A DNA stretch of 64,000 nucleotides, taken from contig CBDCRP010000002.1 in NCBI GenBank assembly GCA_965221165.1, positions 448,001 to 512,000 of the forward strand. Reading direction: 5' to 3'. The first letter of the stretch is position 1, and each line of letters begins with the position of its first letter. The notes under the pieces were generated by a model, which saw nothing but the letters and a program-made list of their open reading frames with translations, had not been told where the DNA came from and ran no database searches. The position numbers and the translations under genes are program-made. This DNA comes from a bacterium. GTDB taxonomy: Bacteria > UBA8248. Positions 31,932 through 42,457 of this stretch are shown piece by piece.

Positions 31932-33482
31932 GTGAAAAACAAATCGCTCGCTTTAGTGGCTCTCATGCTCGCGGGCGCGGGTTTATCCGCCTGCGGGGAG
32001 AAGCGTTCAGCGAAAGGCGACGCCATCGTCGTCGGCATCGGAACCAACCCCACGCAACTCGACCCGAGGCTATCACAAGACGCCGTCTCCTCTAAGGTGC
32101 AGCGCTTCATTTTCAGCCGTCTGATATCGAGAAACCACGAGGGCCGCATCGTTTTGGAACTCGCCGAGAGTTGGGAGCGGCCCACACCTCTCGTTCATCG
32201 GTTCGAACTCAGGCGCGGGGTGCGGTTTCACAACGGCGCAGCCCTCACCTCATCCGACGTGAAATACACCTTCGACTCCATTCGAGACCCCTCTCTCGCC
32301 TCCCCCAAGGCGGCGGGACTCAAAGAACTCGCGCGCATCGAAACGCCCACGCCGCACAGGGTCGTCTTTCATCTCTCAGAACCCTCCGCCTCGTTCGCGG
32401 AATCCCTCATGGTCGGCATCCTCCCCAAAAGCGCGCGCGAGACGGGGAGGCGCTTCGCCCAAAAACCCGTCGGCACCGGCCCGTTCGAGTTCGTGGAATT
32501 CACGCCGGACGAGCGAATCACCTTAAAAGCGTTTTCCGGTCATTTCGGCGGGAAACCCGCTTATGAGCACCTCATCTTCCGGATTCTGCCGGAGGAGACC
32601 ATCCGCGTCTTGGAACTCGAAAGCGGCGGGGTCGATTTTCTCCAGAACTCCTTTTCGCCCGATATTTTACCGCGCTTCATCAAGAACAAGCGGCTCAAGA
32701 TACGAAAACGCCTGGGAACGAACTTCAGCTACATCGGCTTTAACCTGAGCGACCCGATTCTCTCGAAACTCGAGGTGCGGCGCGCGATAGCCCACGCGAT
32801 CGACAGGCACCCCATCGTGCGCTTCATCCACAAGAGTCTCGTCCAGGAGGCGGACAGTCTGCTGCCGCCGGATCATTGGGCGCACCAAAAAGGCCTTCCA
32901 AGGTACGAGCACCGCCCCGAGTTGGCCATGAAACTTCTCGATGCGGCGGGCTTCCCCGACCCCGACGGGCCTGGGCCCGAGCCGCGCTTCACCCTCGTCT
33001 ACAAAACCTCACAAAACGAACTGGGGCGCCGCGTCGCCACTGTACTGGGCCATCAACTCGCCCGAGTGGGGATAAAAATGAAAATCCGCTCCTATGAGTG
33101 GGGCACGTTTTTCGGCGACATCAGAAACGGAAACTTCCAGCTCTACAGCCTCACGTGGGTCGGCATATCGGACCCCGACATCTACCGCTATATCTTTCAC
33201 AGCCGCTTCACACCGCCAGCCGGCTTAAACCGGGGCCGCTACAAAAACGCGCGCGTGGACGCGCTCTTAGAGGCCGCTCGCCAACCCATCGCTCCCGAGG
33301 CGCGCGCCCGCACCTACGGCGAGGTGCAGCGCATCCTGGGCGATGAACTTCCCTACATCAACCTGTGGCACAGCGTGAACGTGGCCGTCTTCGATAAGCG
33401 CATATCGGGGTATCGGGTGTACCCGGACGCGGACTTCATCTCGCTGGCGAGAGCCACTCTCTCCCCGGCGGCGAGGCGATAA
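31932..33482 (+). CDS. Peptide/nickel ABC substrate-binding lipoprotein (family 5)
   Basis: Lipobox LSAC, LRRGVRFHNG, DVKYTF, PVGTGPF. GTG start inferred. Confidence 0.9.
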   Translation: MKNKSLALVALMLAGAGLSACGEKRSAKGDAIVVGIGTNPTQLDPRLSQDAVSSKVQRFIFSRLISRNHEGRIVLELAESWERPTPLVHRFELRRGVRFHNGAALTSSDVKYTFDSIRDPSLASPKAAGLKELARIETPTPHRVVFHLSEPSASFAESLMVGILPKSARETGRRFAQKPVGTGPFEFVEFTPDERITLKAFSGHFGGKPAYEHLIFRILPEETIRVLELESGGVDFLQNSFSPDILPRFIKNKRLKIRKRLGTNFSYIGFNLSDPILSKLEVRRAIAHAIDRHPIVRFIHKSLVQEADSLLPPDHWAHQKGLPRYEHRPELAMKLLDAAGFPDPDGPGPEPRFTLVYKTSQNELGRRVATVLGHQLARVGIKMKIRSYEWGTFFGDIRNGNFQLYSLTWVGISDPDIYRYIFHSRFTPPAGLNRGRYKNARVDALLEAARQPIAPEARARTYGEVQRILGDELPYINLWHSVNVAVFDKRISGYRVYPDADFISLARATLSPAARR

Positions 33483-34403
33483 ATGAGAAAATTCCTCCTG
33501 AGGCGCATTCTGCTGCTCATCCCCGTCCTGTGGGGGGTGACGACGCTCGTTTTCATCGTCACCCAGGTGTTGCCGGGTGACCCGGTGGACCTGATGCTGG
33601 GCGAGACCGCCCGGCCCGCCCAACGCGAACAACTGCGCAGTACGCTGGGGCTGGACAGACCCCTGGGCGTTCAATACGCCGATTACATGGGCGGGCTGCT
33701 GAAAGGGGATCTGGGCACCTCGCTCCACCAGAGGAGAGCTGTGTCGGCCATCATCTTCGAGCGTACTTACGCCTCTGCGGAACTCACGCTCGCCTCAATG
33801 GTTGTCGCCCTGCTCATCTCGCTTCCACTGGGAATCGCGGCGGCGCGGCGACAGGGCACGGGAATCGACCTGGCGGCCGGCTTTCTCGCCGTGGCGGGCG
33901 CGAGCATGCCCGTCTTCTGGCTCGGCCCGCTGCTCATCATCGTCTTCTCCATCGGTCTCGGCTGGTTCCCCGTCTCGGGCAGGGAGGGGGCTTTAAGCCT
34001 CATCCTCCCCGCCGTGACGCTCGGCGCCGCTCTCTCTCCGATATTGATGCGCATGGCGCGCTCGAGCCTCCTGGAAGTGCTGCCGCAAGACTACATCAGC
34101 GCGGCGCGCGCAAAGGGCATTTCGGAAAAAAGAGTGCTCTGGCTGCATGCGCTCAAGAACGCGTGCCTGCCGCTCATCACCATCCTGAGCCTCCAGCTCG
34201 GCGCCCTGCTCTCGGGCGCCATCATCACGGAGACCGTCTTCGCCTGGCCCGGCGTGGGCCGCCTGGTGATTCAGGCCATCGCCTCGCGCGACTACCCCCT
34301 CGTGCAGGGCTGCGTGCTGTTCATCGCCGCCATCTACGTGAGCGCGAATTTTCTGGCCGACATCGCCTACGCCTGGCTCGACCCGCGCGTGAGGTTGACG
34401 TGA
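33483..34403 (+). CDS. Peptide ABC permease (DppB/OppB-like)
   Basis: PGDP, ARAKG, ETVFAWPGVG, RDYPLVQG. Confidence 0.92.
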   Translation: MRKFLLRRILLLIPVLWGVTTLVFIVTQVLPGDPVDLMLGETARPAQREQLRSTLGLDRPLGVQYADYMGGLLKGDLGTSLHQRRAVSAIIFERTYASAELTLASMVVALLISLPLGIAAARRQGTGIDLAAGFLAVAGASMPVFWLGPLLIIVFSIGLGWFPVSGREGALSLILPAVTLGAALSPILMRMARSSLLEVLPQDYISAARAKGISEKRVLWLHALKNACLPLITILSLQLGALLSGAIITETVFAWPGVGRLVIQAIASRDYPLVQGCVLFIAAIYVSANFLADIAYAWLDPRVRLT

Positions 34404-35209
34404 GACGCGGTCTTTCCATCTACCTGGGCGGCGGCATCATCGCCCTTTTGCTCATCACCACTCTAGCCGCCCCCGTCCTCTCTCCCCAAAACCCGTATGA
34501 GATGAAACTATCGCAAGGGCTGGCCTCCCCCGAACCGGCGCATCCTTTCGGGCGGGACAAGCTTGGTCGCGACATCCTAAGCCGAGTACTGCACGGCGGC
34601 AGAACGTCGCTCACGGTGGGCTTCGCCGCTGTCTCCATATCCGTCCTGCTGGGCGTCCTCATCGGAGGAATCGCGGGTTATTTCGGCGGGGTCTGGGATG
34701 AGGCGATCATGCGCGTCACCGACGTGTTTCTGGCCTTTCCGGGCATTCTGCTCGCTATCGCGCTCATGTCCGTGCTTGCACCGAGTCTGTGGAACATCGT
34801 CATCTCTCTTTCGGTATTCGGGTGGGTCGGCTACGCGCGCCTCGTCCGCGCACAGGTGCTCGCGCTGCGCGAGCGCGAATTCGTTACCGCTGCTCACGCC
34901 GCGGGAGCCACGCCCGGGCGAATTCTCACCCGGCACCTATTCACGAACATCATCTCCCCGGTCATCGTGGAGGCGAGCATCGGCATGGCAGGGGCGATTC
35001 TCGCCGAATCTGGACTCTCGTTCCTGGGATTGGGAATTCAGCCGCCCGAACCGAGTTGGGGGGCGATGCTGGCCGAGGGGCGAGACTTCCTGCTCGTTGC
35101 CCCGCACCTGACGATCTATCCGGGAATCGCGATCGCCCTCACCGTCATGGGGTTGAACATCCTGGGCGATGGGTTGAGAGATATGCTCGACCCGACTCAG
35201 AAGAGATAG
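34400..35209 (+). CDS. Peptide ABC permease (DppC/OppC-like)
   Basis: HPFGRDKLGRD, ESGLSFLGLG, PSWGAML, GDGLRD. GTG start overlaps the previous stop. Confidence 0.92.
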   Translation: MRRGLSIYLGGGIIALLLITTLAAPVLSPQNPYEMKLSQGLASPEPAHPFGRDKLGRDILSRVLHGGRTSLTVGFAAVSISVLLGVLIGGIAGYFGGVWDEAIMRVTDVFLAFPGILLAIALMSVLAPSLWNIVISLSVFGWVGYARLVRAQVLALREREFVTAAHAAGATPGRILTRHLFTNIISPVIVEASIGMAGAILAESGLSFLGLGIQPPEPSWGAMLAEGRDFLLVAPHLTIYPGIAIALTVMGLNILGDGLRDMLDPTQKR

Positions 35210-35661
35210 AGGAAATACCAGCGCCGCTTTTTCTTTTCTTTCTCTTTCACGGCGGGGGCAGCCTCTTGTTTGGGCGCAGGCCCCTCCCCCTGCACTCCTT
35301 TCGGCCTAGGAGTGAACTTCGGCTTGGGAATTTTGGCGATGTCGAGCAAAACACCGTGAGGAAAGTCGGTGCTGCGCTGCTCTTTTTTGAAAAACGTCTC
35401 GGGACGAACGACGTGACATCCGAGGCACCGGGTAGCGGCGCGCAACGGGCTTTTCTCGTCATACCGAAGCCTCTGCTTCTCGATGTGCGGGGCTTCCTGG
35501 AAGCTCGCGTGCAAATGGCAGCTTTGACAGTAAGACGTGACGACCACGTTCTCCTCCGTTAGAGGAAGAGAACCGCGTACGGCACTTTCTATCGGTTTTC
35601 GCTGGCAAGCGGAAACGAACAGCAAACATACCGCCAATACCATGAGCCATGAATTCTTCAT
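35197..35661 (-). CDS. Small diheme c-type cytochrome lipoprotein
   Basis: Lipobox FVSAC; two CxxCH motifs (CQSCH, CLGCH). Confidence 0.65.
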   Translation of the reverse strand: MKNSWLMVLAVCLLFVSACQRKPIESAVRGSLPLTEENVVVTSYCQSCHLHASFQEAPHIEKQRLRYDEKSPLRAATRCLGCHVVRPETFFKKEQRSTDFPHGVLLDIAKIPKPKFTPRPKGVQGEGPAPKQEAAPAVKEKEKKKRRWYFLYLF

Positions 35662-35762
35662 CCAGCCGCTCCACAAAATTTTATTCCGAAAAAAGCGTCC
35701 CGTCCCGCTTATGCCCGCGCAGTATACGAACTGAGTCTCCGCACCGCAACGAAGCCGCGCCC

Positions 35763-36176
35763 TCAGGCATCCTGCCTGCGATCGGCCACCGTTTCACGTA
35801 CATAGGCGACGATGTCCTCCATCGTCGCGCCCGGCGTGAAAATCTCGTCCACCCCATTTCCCTTGAGAAAGGGAATATCCTCATCCGGCACGATGCCGCC
35901 CCCAAAGAGCAGAACGTCCTCCATGCCGTGCGCATCGAGCAATTCACGGATTCTGGGAAACAGGTGGTTGTGCGCGCCGGAGAGAATCGAGAGCCCCACG
36001 CAGTCGACGTCCTCCTGCATGGCGGTCGAGGCGATTTGCTCGGGCGTCTGGCGAATGCCCGTGTAAATCACCTCCATGCCGGCGTCCCTGAGCGCGCGCG
36101 CGACTACCTTCGCTCCCCTGTCGTGGCCATCGAGGCCGGGCTTGCCCACCAGCACACGTATTTTTCTCTCACTCAT
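35763..36176 (-). CDS. Cobalamin-binding subunit of a methylmalonyl-CoA/acyl-CoA mutase
   Basis: [30 protein letters not shown]. Confidence 0.92.
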   Translation of the reverse strand: MSERKIRVLVGKPGLDGHDRGAKVVARALRDAGMEVIYTGIRQTPEQIASTAMQEDVDCVGLSILSGAHNHLFPRIRELLDAHGMEDVLLFGGGIVPDEDIPFLKGNGVDEIFTPGATMEDIVAYVRETVADRRQDA

Positions 36177-36349
36177 TCGCCGCCTCCGCGTGTGATGTGC
36201 TTCTGAAGGATTCAATACCGATTATCCTGTAAAGAAAGCCGCGTTTCAAATGAACTCCATAGACGTATCGACTTTTACCGTAAGTTTTTGTAACCTCAGA
36301 AAATCAGAAATGTAAGACAACGCACCAAATCGCCCCACAGGATTCTCAC

Positions 36350-38386
36350 ATGACGCCTACCCGGGAGATTTACTGGAACATCGTCTTGGGCCCGTTGGTC
36401 TACCTCCTTGCCGCGGCGGCGATCGGCGTGATGTCCTACGGTATCTACCAGCGCGTGCGCTTGTGGCGCCTGGGCGGCGGCGAGATGAGAACAGACAATC
36501 CGGTAAAACGCCTCTGGGGCGTGGTGGATGAGTTGGTGCTCCACCGCCGGATGCTGCGGGACACCTACCCCGGCCTCATGCACTTGTTCATTTTTTATGG
36601 ATTTTTCGCCGAACTCATCGCCACCTCGATGATAGCGGTTCAGGAATGGACGGGAATCCACTACCTCAAGGGAAACCTCTACCTGGGCTACTCGCTGCTC
36701 AGCGACGGATTCGGGCTGTTGGGGATCGTCGGTATTGCTATGGCCCTCTGGCGCCGCCTGGTGGTGAAACCAGAGCGCATGAACTCCGTGCTCGACGACT
36801 ACATGGCACTCTGGCTGCTCCTGCTCGTATTCGTTCAAGGCTTCTTCGTGGAGGGCCTGCGCATCGCGGCAACCGAACTCAGACAGAACCCGGCCCTGGC
36901 GCCGTGGTCGCCGGGCGGCTACGCAGTCGCCCTGACCCTGCAGGGGTTGAGCGTCGAGACACTTCAATTTCTCCACCGCATCAACTGGTGGTTCCACGCC
37001 GTCACCGCATTCGTGCTGCTCGGCTACATGGGTTTCGGGAAATTCAACCACATCTGGTACGGCCTGTTGAACATATTCTGCAGAAATATGGGACCCAGCG
37101 GCAAGCTGAGCTTCATCGACATCGAGGCGACGATGGAAGCGGACCCCGAGGCGCTGGAAACCCTGGGGGTCGAGAAAATCGAGGAGTACACCTGGAAAAA
37201 CCTGCTGGATCTGGACGCCTGCACGAACTGCGGCCGCTGCCAGGACGTCTGCCCCGCCTACATGAGCGGCGTGCCGCTCAGCCCGAAAAAGCTGATTCAG
37301 GACATGAAGGCGCATTTGAGCGAGGCGGGCACGGCGGCGCTCGCGGAAAACGGAGAAGCGGGCGAAAGGCCGCCCCTGTTCGGCGAGCCCGGGGATAAAC
37401 CAGCCGTGCTGGAAGAAGAACTCTGGGGCTGCCGCACCTGCGGGGCCTGCCAGCAGGAGTGCCCCGTCTTCATCGAGCACATCCCCAAGATGGTGGACAT
37501 GCGCCGCTACCTGGTGATGATGGAGTCGAAGACGAGCGAGGACGCGCGTCAGTTCTTAAAGTCGATGGACGAGCGGCTCCACCCCTGGGTGGGCGCCCAG
37601 CACAACCGCGAGGAATGGTACGAGGGACTCGACGTAAAAGTCCTCTCGAGCGGCGAGAAGGCGGAATATCTCTATTGGGTAGGCTGTACGGGCTCGATGA
37701 TCGACCGCAACATCGAGGTGTCGCGGGCGATGGTGAAGATTCTGGGCGCCGCGGGCGTCGACTTCGCCATCCTGGGCGCGGAGGAGGTCTGCACGGGCGA
37801 TCCGGCCCGGCGGGCCGGGGGCGAATTCACCTTCCAGATGTGTGCGAAGCAGAACATCGAGACGCTCAACGGCTATGAGGTGAAGAAAATCATCACCACC
37901 TGCCCCCATTGCTTCAACACGTACAAGAACGAATACCCCGACTTCGGGGGAAACTACGAGGTGGTCCACCATACGCAGCTCATAGCGGAGCTTATAAAAT
38001 CAGGAAAACTCAAGCTCAAGAAATCGCTCGGCTCCCTCACCTATCACGACCCCTGCTACCTGGGCCGCCACAACGGCGTGTATGACGCCCCACGCGAAGT
38101 GCTGCACCAGATATCGGACGGCGGCTTCACGGAACTCAAGCGCAACCGCTCGCGCTCGCTCTGCTGTGGCGCAGGCGGCGGCTACGCCTGGATGGACGAT
38201 GACCCGAAAAAGCGCATCAACCACGAGCGGCTCGAGGACGTGAAGGCCTGCGGGGCCAAAACCGCCGCCGTCTCCTGCCCTTTCTGCATGCAGATGTTCG
38301 ATGACGCCTTAAAGGCGCTCGACCCCGAGAAGAACATCCGCGCCGCCGACATCGCCGAACTCGTCGCCGAGGCGATTGAAGAGTAG
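36350..38386 (+). CDS. Membrane Fe-S oxidoreductase, FadF/HdrD-like (CCG domains)
   Basis: N-terminal TMs, CTNCGRCQDVCP, CRTCGACQQECP, CTGD, YHDPCYLGR, CCGAGGG, CPFC. Confidence 0.88.
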   Translation: MTPTREIYWNIVLGPLVYLLAAAAIGVMSYGIYQRVRLWRLGGGEMRTDNPVKRLWGVVDELVLHRRMLRDTYPGLMHLFIFYGFFAELIATSMIAVQEWTGIHYLKGNLYLGYSLLSDGFGLLGIVGIAMALWRRLVVKPERMNSVLDDYMALWLLLLVFVQGFFVEGLRIAATELRQNPALAPWSPGGYAVALTLQGLSVETLQFLHRINWWFHAVTAFVLLGYMGFGKFNHIWYGLLNIFCRNMGPSGKLSFIDIEATMEADPEALETLGVEKIEEYTWKNLLDLDACTNCGRCQDVCPAYMSGVPLSPKKLIQDMKAHLSEAGTAALAENGEAGERPPLFGEPGDKPAVLEEELWGCRTCGACQQECPVFIEHIPKMVDMRRYLVMMESKTSEDARQFLKSMDERLHPWVGAQHNREEWYEGLDVKVLSSGEKAEYLYWVGCTGSMIDRNIEVSRAMVKILGAAGVDFAILGAEEVCTGDPARRAGGEFTFQMCAKQNIETLNGYEVKKIITTCPHCFNTYKNEYPDFGGNYEVVHHTQLIAELIKSGKLKLKKSLGSLTYHDPCYLGRHNGVYDAPREVLHQISDGGFTELKRNRSRSLCCGAGGGYAWMDDDPKKRINHERLEDVKACGAKTAAVSCPFCMQMFDDALKALDPEKNIRAADIAELVAEAIEE

Positions 38387-38544
38387 ACCCCACCCACCCG
38401 ACCGGCGCGCTCTTGAGGCGGCCGCGCCCTTGACCACCTATGAACGAAAACGACCGTGGAGGTCGACGCGCGAATTCACCCTGCGCTTGTGCGAATTTGG
38501 CGGGATGACGCTACGCGGCGCCGGTGGTTCGGAAAGTGCGGCAG

Positions 38545-39240
38545 TCAGCGGGTTCCGTTCTCGGGCCCGGCGGGGGCGACGCGGATGTCACCGTACCAGC
38601 TTCGGGCCGAGAGCTTGCTGTTGTCGGTGTCGGTCATGATGGCGACGTGGGTGATCTCGGTGATGTCGCGACCGAAGTAGCGCCGGAAATCCTCGCGCAT
38701 GTTCCGGCGATGCGTCCGCCACTCTCCGGCGCGGCGCTCGCCCGAATCGACGGCGACCATGCGGGCCTTTTGGGTGTAGGGGTTGGGCCAGGAGGCGCCT
38801 TCGGGCTGGCGGCTGGCCCAGACGTAGACCACCGAATCCGGAAAGGAGAGCATACCGGCGCCGGGGGTGACGAAATAGACGCGGGCGGCGAAGTCATCCC
38901 CCGCCTTCGTCAACTCATCCGGCGGGTTGACGGGGCGCTCGATCCGCCAGCGCCAGATGAGGATCGGCGTTTTGGTGAGGTTGATCTTCCGCTCGTACAC
39001 GAGGCCCGAGGCAGCCGCGTTGCTCACCGCTTCGAGAACAGTTTCACCTGCCTGGTCTTTCGTCAGGCGATAGCGAGTTTCCCCTTTGAAACTTTTGGGC
39101 TGCCAGCCGGCGAGGTCGCCCGCCGAGAACCGGCCGAGAACTATCCCTTGCGCGCACGGCGCACCGGGCGATAGCGTGAGAAGCGCGGTCAAAACGCAGA
39201 GGGCAATTGCGGGGCATTTGCGAAAACGGTAAGTAAGCAT
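38545..39240 (-). CDS. DUF3047-like exported protein
   Basis: Signal peptide, WRWRI, DDFAARVY, YVWAS, IMTDTDN. Confidence 0.75.
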   Translation of the reverse strand: MLTYRFRKCPAIALCVLTALLTLSPGAPCAQGIVLGRFSAGDLAGWQPKSFKGETRYRLTKDQAGETVLEAVSNAAASGLVYERKINLTKTPILIWRWRIERPVNPPDELTKAGDDFAARVYFVTPGAGMLSFPDSVVYVWASRQPEGASWPNPYTQKARMVAVDSGERRAGEWRTHRRNMREDFRRYFGRDITEITHVAIMTDTDNSKLSARSWYGDIRVAPAGPENGTR

Positions 39241-39250
39241 TCAAAAAACC

Positions 39251-39964
39251 TCAGCGGCAAAACGGCCAAATCTGATACCACGAATCGCACTGAAACCTCG
39301 ATTCGCAGCGCGCGATCTGTGCCTTGTAGCGACGGGCGGTCTCGGCCACCCGCTGCGCGGCGCGGCGTACCTTTGGCTTTTTCTTCCAGGTGCCGCGCCG
39401 GTAGCCGCCCCTTCCCTCGTGATAGGCGAGGTAGAGTCTGTGCGCGTCGTATAAGGAGATGCCCAGTTCGCGCCGGGTCTTGGCGTTGTACCAGCCGACG
39501 AAATCGAGCGCGTCCTTCATGTGCGAGCGGCTGCTCAGCAAGTTGCCGCGCTCCGCCCTGTAGTCCTTCCAGGTCTGGCTCAGGGGCTGCGCATAGCCCA
39601 GAGCCGTGGAGGCGCGGCCGAGCGGGATGAACAAGAACCACCTCATGGGCGGCCTCGCGTGGCTTTGAAAACTCGATTCTTTCTTCACGAACGCCATAAG
39701 CACGTGCACCGGCGTGCCCCAGCGCTTCTCGGACGCGCGGGCGTAGTCGTACCAGTCGGGCTGCTGATCGAAAACCGCACAGATGTTCCCCTGCCGCCTA
39801 GGCGTGGGCGTGACGCAGCCGCTCACGAGAAAAACGAGGGCGAAAGCGAACAAAAGATGGCGGCGCCAGCGCGCATGAGACGCCCGTTTCTCCCAAAAAC
39901 CTTTTGAGCGAAAACGTGAGACCAGCATCGGCTCATTCATCTCCATGTATGGGCGGGGGTGCAT
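39251..39964 (-). CDS. Lytic transglycosylase SLT-like lipoprotein
   Basis: Lipobox VSGC, KESSF, GYAQ, YLAYHEG. Start uncertain. Confidence 0.75.
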   Translation of the reverse strand: MHPRPYMEMNEPMLVSRFRSKGFWEKRASHARWRRHLLFAFALVFLVSGCVTPTPRRQGNICAVFDQQPDWYDYARASEKRWGTPVHVLMAFVKKESSFQSHARPPMRWFLFIPLGRASTALGYAQPLSQTWKDYRAERGNLLSSRSHMKDALDFVGWYNAKTRRELGISLYDAHRLYLAYHEGRGGYRRGTWKKKPKVRRAAQRVAETARRYKAQIARCESRFQCDSWYQIWPFCR

Positions 39965-40040
39965 TTGCTGTTAATCCGTGAACATCCAAGCAGTTTCATT
40001 CATCATAATTCTTGACATATCGGCAAGGGCGGATTTCGAT

Positions 40041-41183
40041 TCAGTTGAGAAGATGCTTGGCGATGACCTGGCGCAGGATTTCGTTCGTCCCCTCGTAGAT
40101 CTGCGTCACCTTAGAAGCCCGGTAGAACCGCTCCACGGGATACTCGCGCATGTAGCCGTTGCCGCCGTGGAGTTGAACGCCTTCTTCGGCGTTTCGCTGG
40201 GCGGCGTCGGTGGCGAACACCTTGGCGACCGCGGCTTCGGGCGAATAGGGCTCGCCCGCCGCCTTCAGACGCGCCGCCTTCAAGGTGAGCAGACGCGCGC
40301 CGTGGACGCGCGTGGCCATGTCGGCGAGTTTCCATCCCACGGGCTGGTGATCTTTGATCGGCACCCCGAACGTCTCGCGCTCTCGCGCATAGGCCACCGA
40401 GGCGTCGAGACACGCCCGTGCGAAGCCGAGCCCCTGGGCTGCGACGATGATGCGCCCGGAATCCAGGATCCGCATCGCCAGCTCGAAGCCCTGCCCCTCA
40501 TCCCCCATGCGGTTCTCCTCGGGCAGTTCCACGGCGTCGAAGCGAAGCTCCGATACCGAGCAGCCGTGCATCCCCATCTTGTCCTCGCTGCGCACGACCT
40601 CGAAGCCCTCCACATCCGTCGGCACCAGGAAGGCGCTCAGCCCCTTGTGGCGCATCGAGCGATCCGTCACCGCGAAGAGAAGGCACAGGCCCGCCTGCTT
40701 GCCGCTGGTGATGAAGCGCTTCACACCGTTGATGCGGTAGGCGTCCCCCTCGCGCACGGCATTGGTGGTGAGCGAGGCGGCGTCAGAACCCGCGCCCGGC
40801 TCCGTCAAGGCGAAAGCGCCGATGCACGCGCCGCTCGCCAGGCCGTGTAGAAATTTTTCTTTTTGTCCCTCGCTCCCGAATCGATGCACCGGCTCGCAGA
40901 CCAAGGAGTTGTGCGCGGCGAAAATCGCGCTCGTCGAAGGACACGCGGCGGCTACTTCCTCGGTCGCCAGCGCCATCGAAACGGGGTCCGCTCCCCCTCC
41001 GCCATACGAATCCGGCACCGTGAGGCCCATCAGACCAAGCTCCCCCATGCTCTTCACGATTTCCGCCGGGAAACGGCCCTCGTCAATTTCCGCCGCCTGG
41101 GGGGCGATTTCTCGTTCACAGAAATCGCGCGTCATCTGGCGCACCATCTTTTGCTCGTCGTTCAAAAAACCATTCTCAGACAT
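40041..41183 (-). CDS. Acyl-CoA dehydrogenase
   Basis: FALTEPGAGSD, KRFITSG, QLHGGNGY, QIYEGTNEI. Confidence 0.93.
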   Translation of the reverse strand: MSENGFLNDEQKMVRQMTRDFCEREIAPQAAEIDEGRFPAEIVKSMGELGLMGLTVPDSYGGGGADPVSMALATEEVAAACPSTSAIFAAHNSLVCEPVHRFGSEGQKEKFLHGLASGACIGAFALTEPGAGSDAASLTTNAVREGDAYRINGVKRFITSGKQAGLCLLFAVTDRSMRHKGLSAFLVPTDVEGFEVVRSEDKMGMHGCSVSELRFDAVELPEENRMGDEGQGFELAMRILDSGRIIVAAQGLGFARACLDASVAYARERETFGVPIKDHQPVGWKLADMATRVHGARLLTLKAARLKAAGEPYSPEAAVAKVFATDAAQRNAEEGVQLHGGNGYMREYPVERFYRASKVTQIYEGTNEILRQVIAKHLLN

Positions 41184-41436
41184 CACCCATCTCTCCTGTG
41201 ATTCATTGGGCGCCTCTTCGAGGCCGAACATTCCAGCAAGGGCAGAGCGGCGAGCGGCTCTCCACCCTCGATTCATTCAACGCAAAACGCACCTTCAGAC
41301 GCACAATTTAACAGGCCCTTGCCCGAAAATCACCCACGCGGCATCATGCGGATGAAATCGAATAAGATACGGCGTTATCCACCGGGACGAGTCCTTGAAA
41401 TTTCGGGGATTCGCCCGGGTCCCAAAGGAGAAAACC

Positions 41437-42417
41437 ATGGCGGAAACCATCAACGTGCTCACGAGAGAGGACGTCCTCGATAATCTAAACAACCTGCGTG
41501 AGGCGCAGCAGGTCGATTTTTCGGCGTTTTATTCGAGCCACTTAGGCGGCGTGGTGACGGACCCCGCCCTCATGGTCATTCCCTTCGATGACCACATGGT
41601 CCACCGGGGACACGGCATCTTCGACACGGCGGCCATCATCGAGGGAAAAATCTACGATCTGAAAAACCACCTGGATCGCTTCATCCGCTCGGCGGAGGCC
41701 TCGAAGCTCGAACTGCCCAGCCGCGAGGAAATGCGCGAGATCGTCATCCGCACGAGCGCGCTCTCGGGCCGCCGCGAGGGATCGATTCGCTACTGGGCTT
41801 CTTCCGGGACCGGGAACCTGGGGCTGATACCCGCAGGCGACGCCAAGCCCGCTTTTTTCGTGATGATCTTCGGCGGCCTCGACTATCCCGAGCGCTACTA
41901 CGCCGAGGGGATGAAGGTGATGACGACGACCTACCCCATCAAGCCGCCGCTTTACGCCATCACCAAGAGCACGAACTACCTGCCCAACACCCTGATGCAG
42001 ATGGAGGCGAAAGAAGAGGGCCTCGACAACGGGATTTTCGTGGATGAGGCGGGGAACGTGGGCGAGGGCTCGAACATGAACTGCGCCTTCGTTACGGCGG
42101 ACGGCATACTGCGGCATCCCAGGTTCGAGAACATACTCTCGGGCTGCACCGTGAAGCGCCTCCTGGAACTCGCGAGCCGCTTGGTGGATCAGGGCGTCAT
42201 CGCCGACGTGGTGGTGGACGACATTCCCGTGGCCGAGGCCAAGGCCGCCGCCGAGATGATGCTCATCGGAAGCTCGATATACGTCGCCCCCGTCGTGCAG
42301 TGGGACGACCAGATAATCGGAAACGGAAAGCCGGGACCCGTGACCAAGGCGATGCGTGAGTTGCTCGAAGAGGACATGCGCTCGGGCGAGGGTATGCTGA
42401 TAGACGTGCCGTATTAG
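41437..42417 (+). CDS. Class IV PLP aminotransferase (D-amino-acid transaminase/ADC lyase-like)
   Basis: DDHMVHRGHGIFDT, HLDRF, KSTNYL, EGSNMN, ILSGCT, GKPGPVT. Confidence 0.88.
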   Translation: MAETINVLTREDVLDNLNNLREAQQVDFSAFYSSHLGGVVTDPALMVIPFDDHMVHRGHGIFDTAAIIEGKIYDLKNHLDRFIRSAEASKLELPSREEMREIVIRTSALSGRREGSIRYWASSGTGNLGLIPAGDAKPAFFVMIFGGLDYPERYYAEGMKVMTTTYPIKPPLYAITKSTNYLPNTLMQMEAKEEGLDNGIFVDEAGNVGEGSNMNCAFVTADGILRHPRFENILSGCTVKRLLELASRLVDQGVIADVVVDDIPVAEAKAAAEMMLIGSSIYVAPVVQWDDQIIGNGKPGPVTKAMRELLEEDMRSGEGMLIDVPY

Positions 42418-42437
42418 TCATCATGTAAAAACTGGAA

Positions 42438-42455
42438 CGGCCCTTTCGAGGGCCG
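42438..42455. terminator. Hairpin between convergent genes
   Basis: CGGCCCT-TTCG-AGGGCCG. Confidence 0.6.
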
Positions 42456-42457
42456 CC

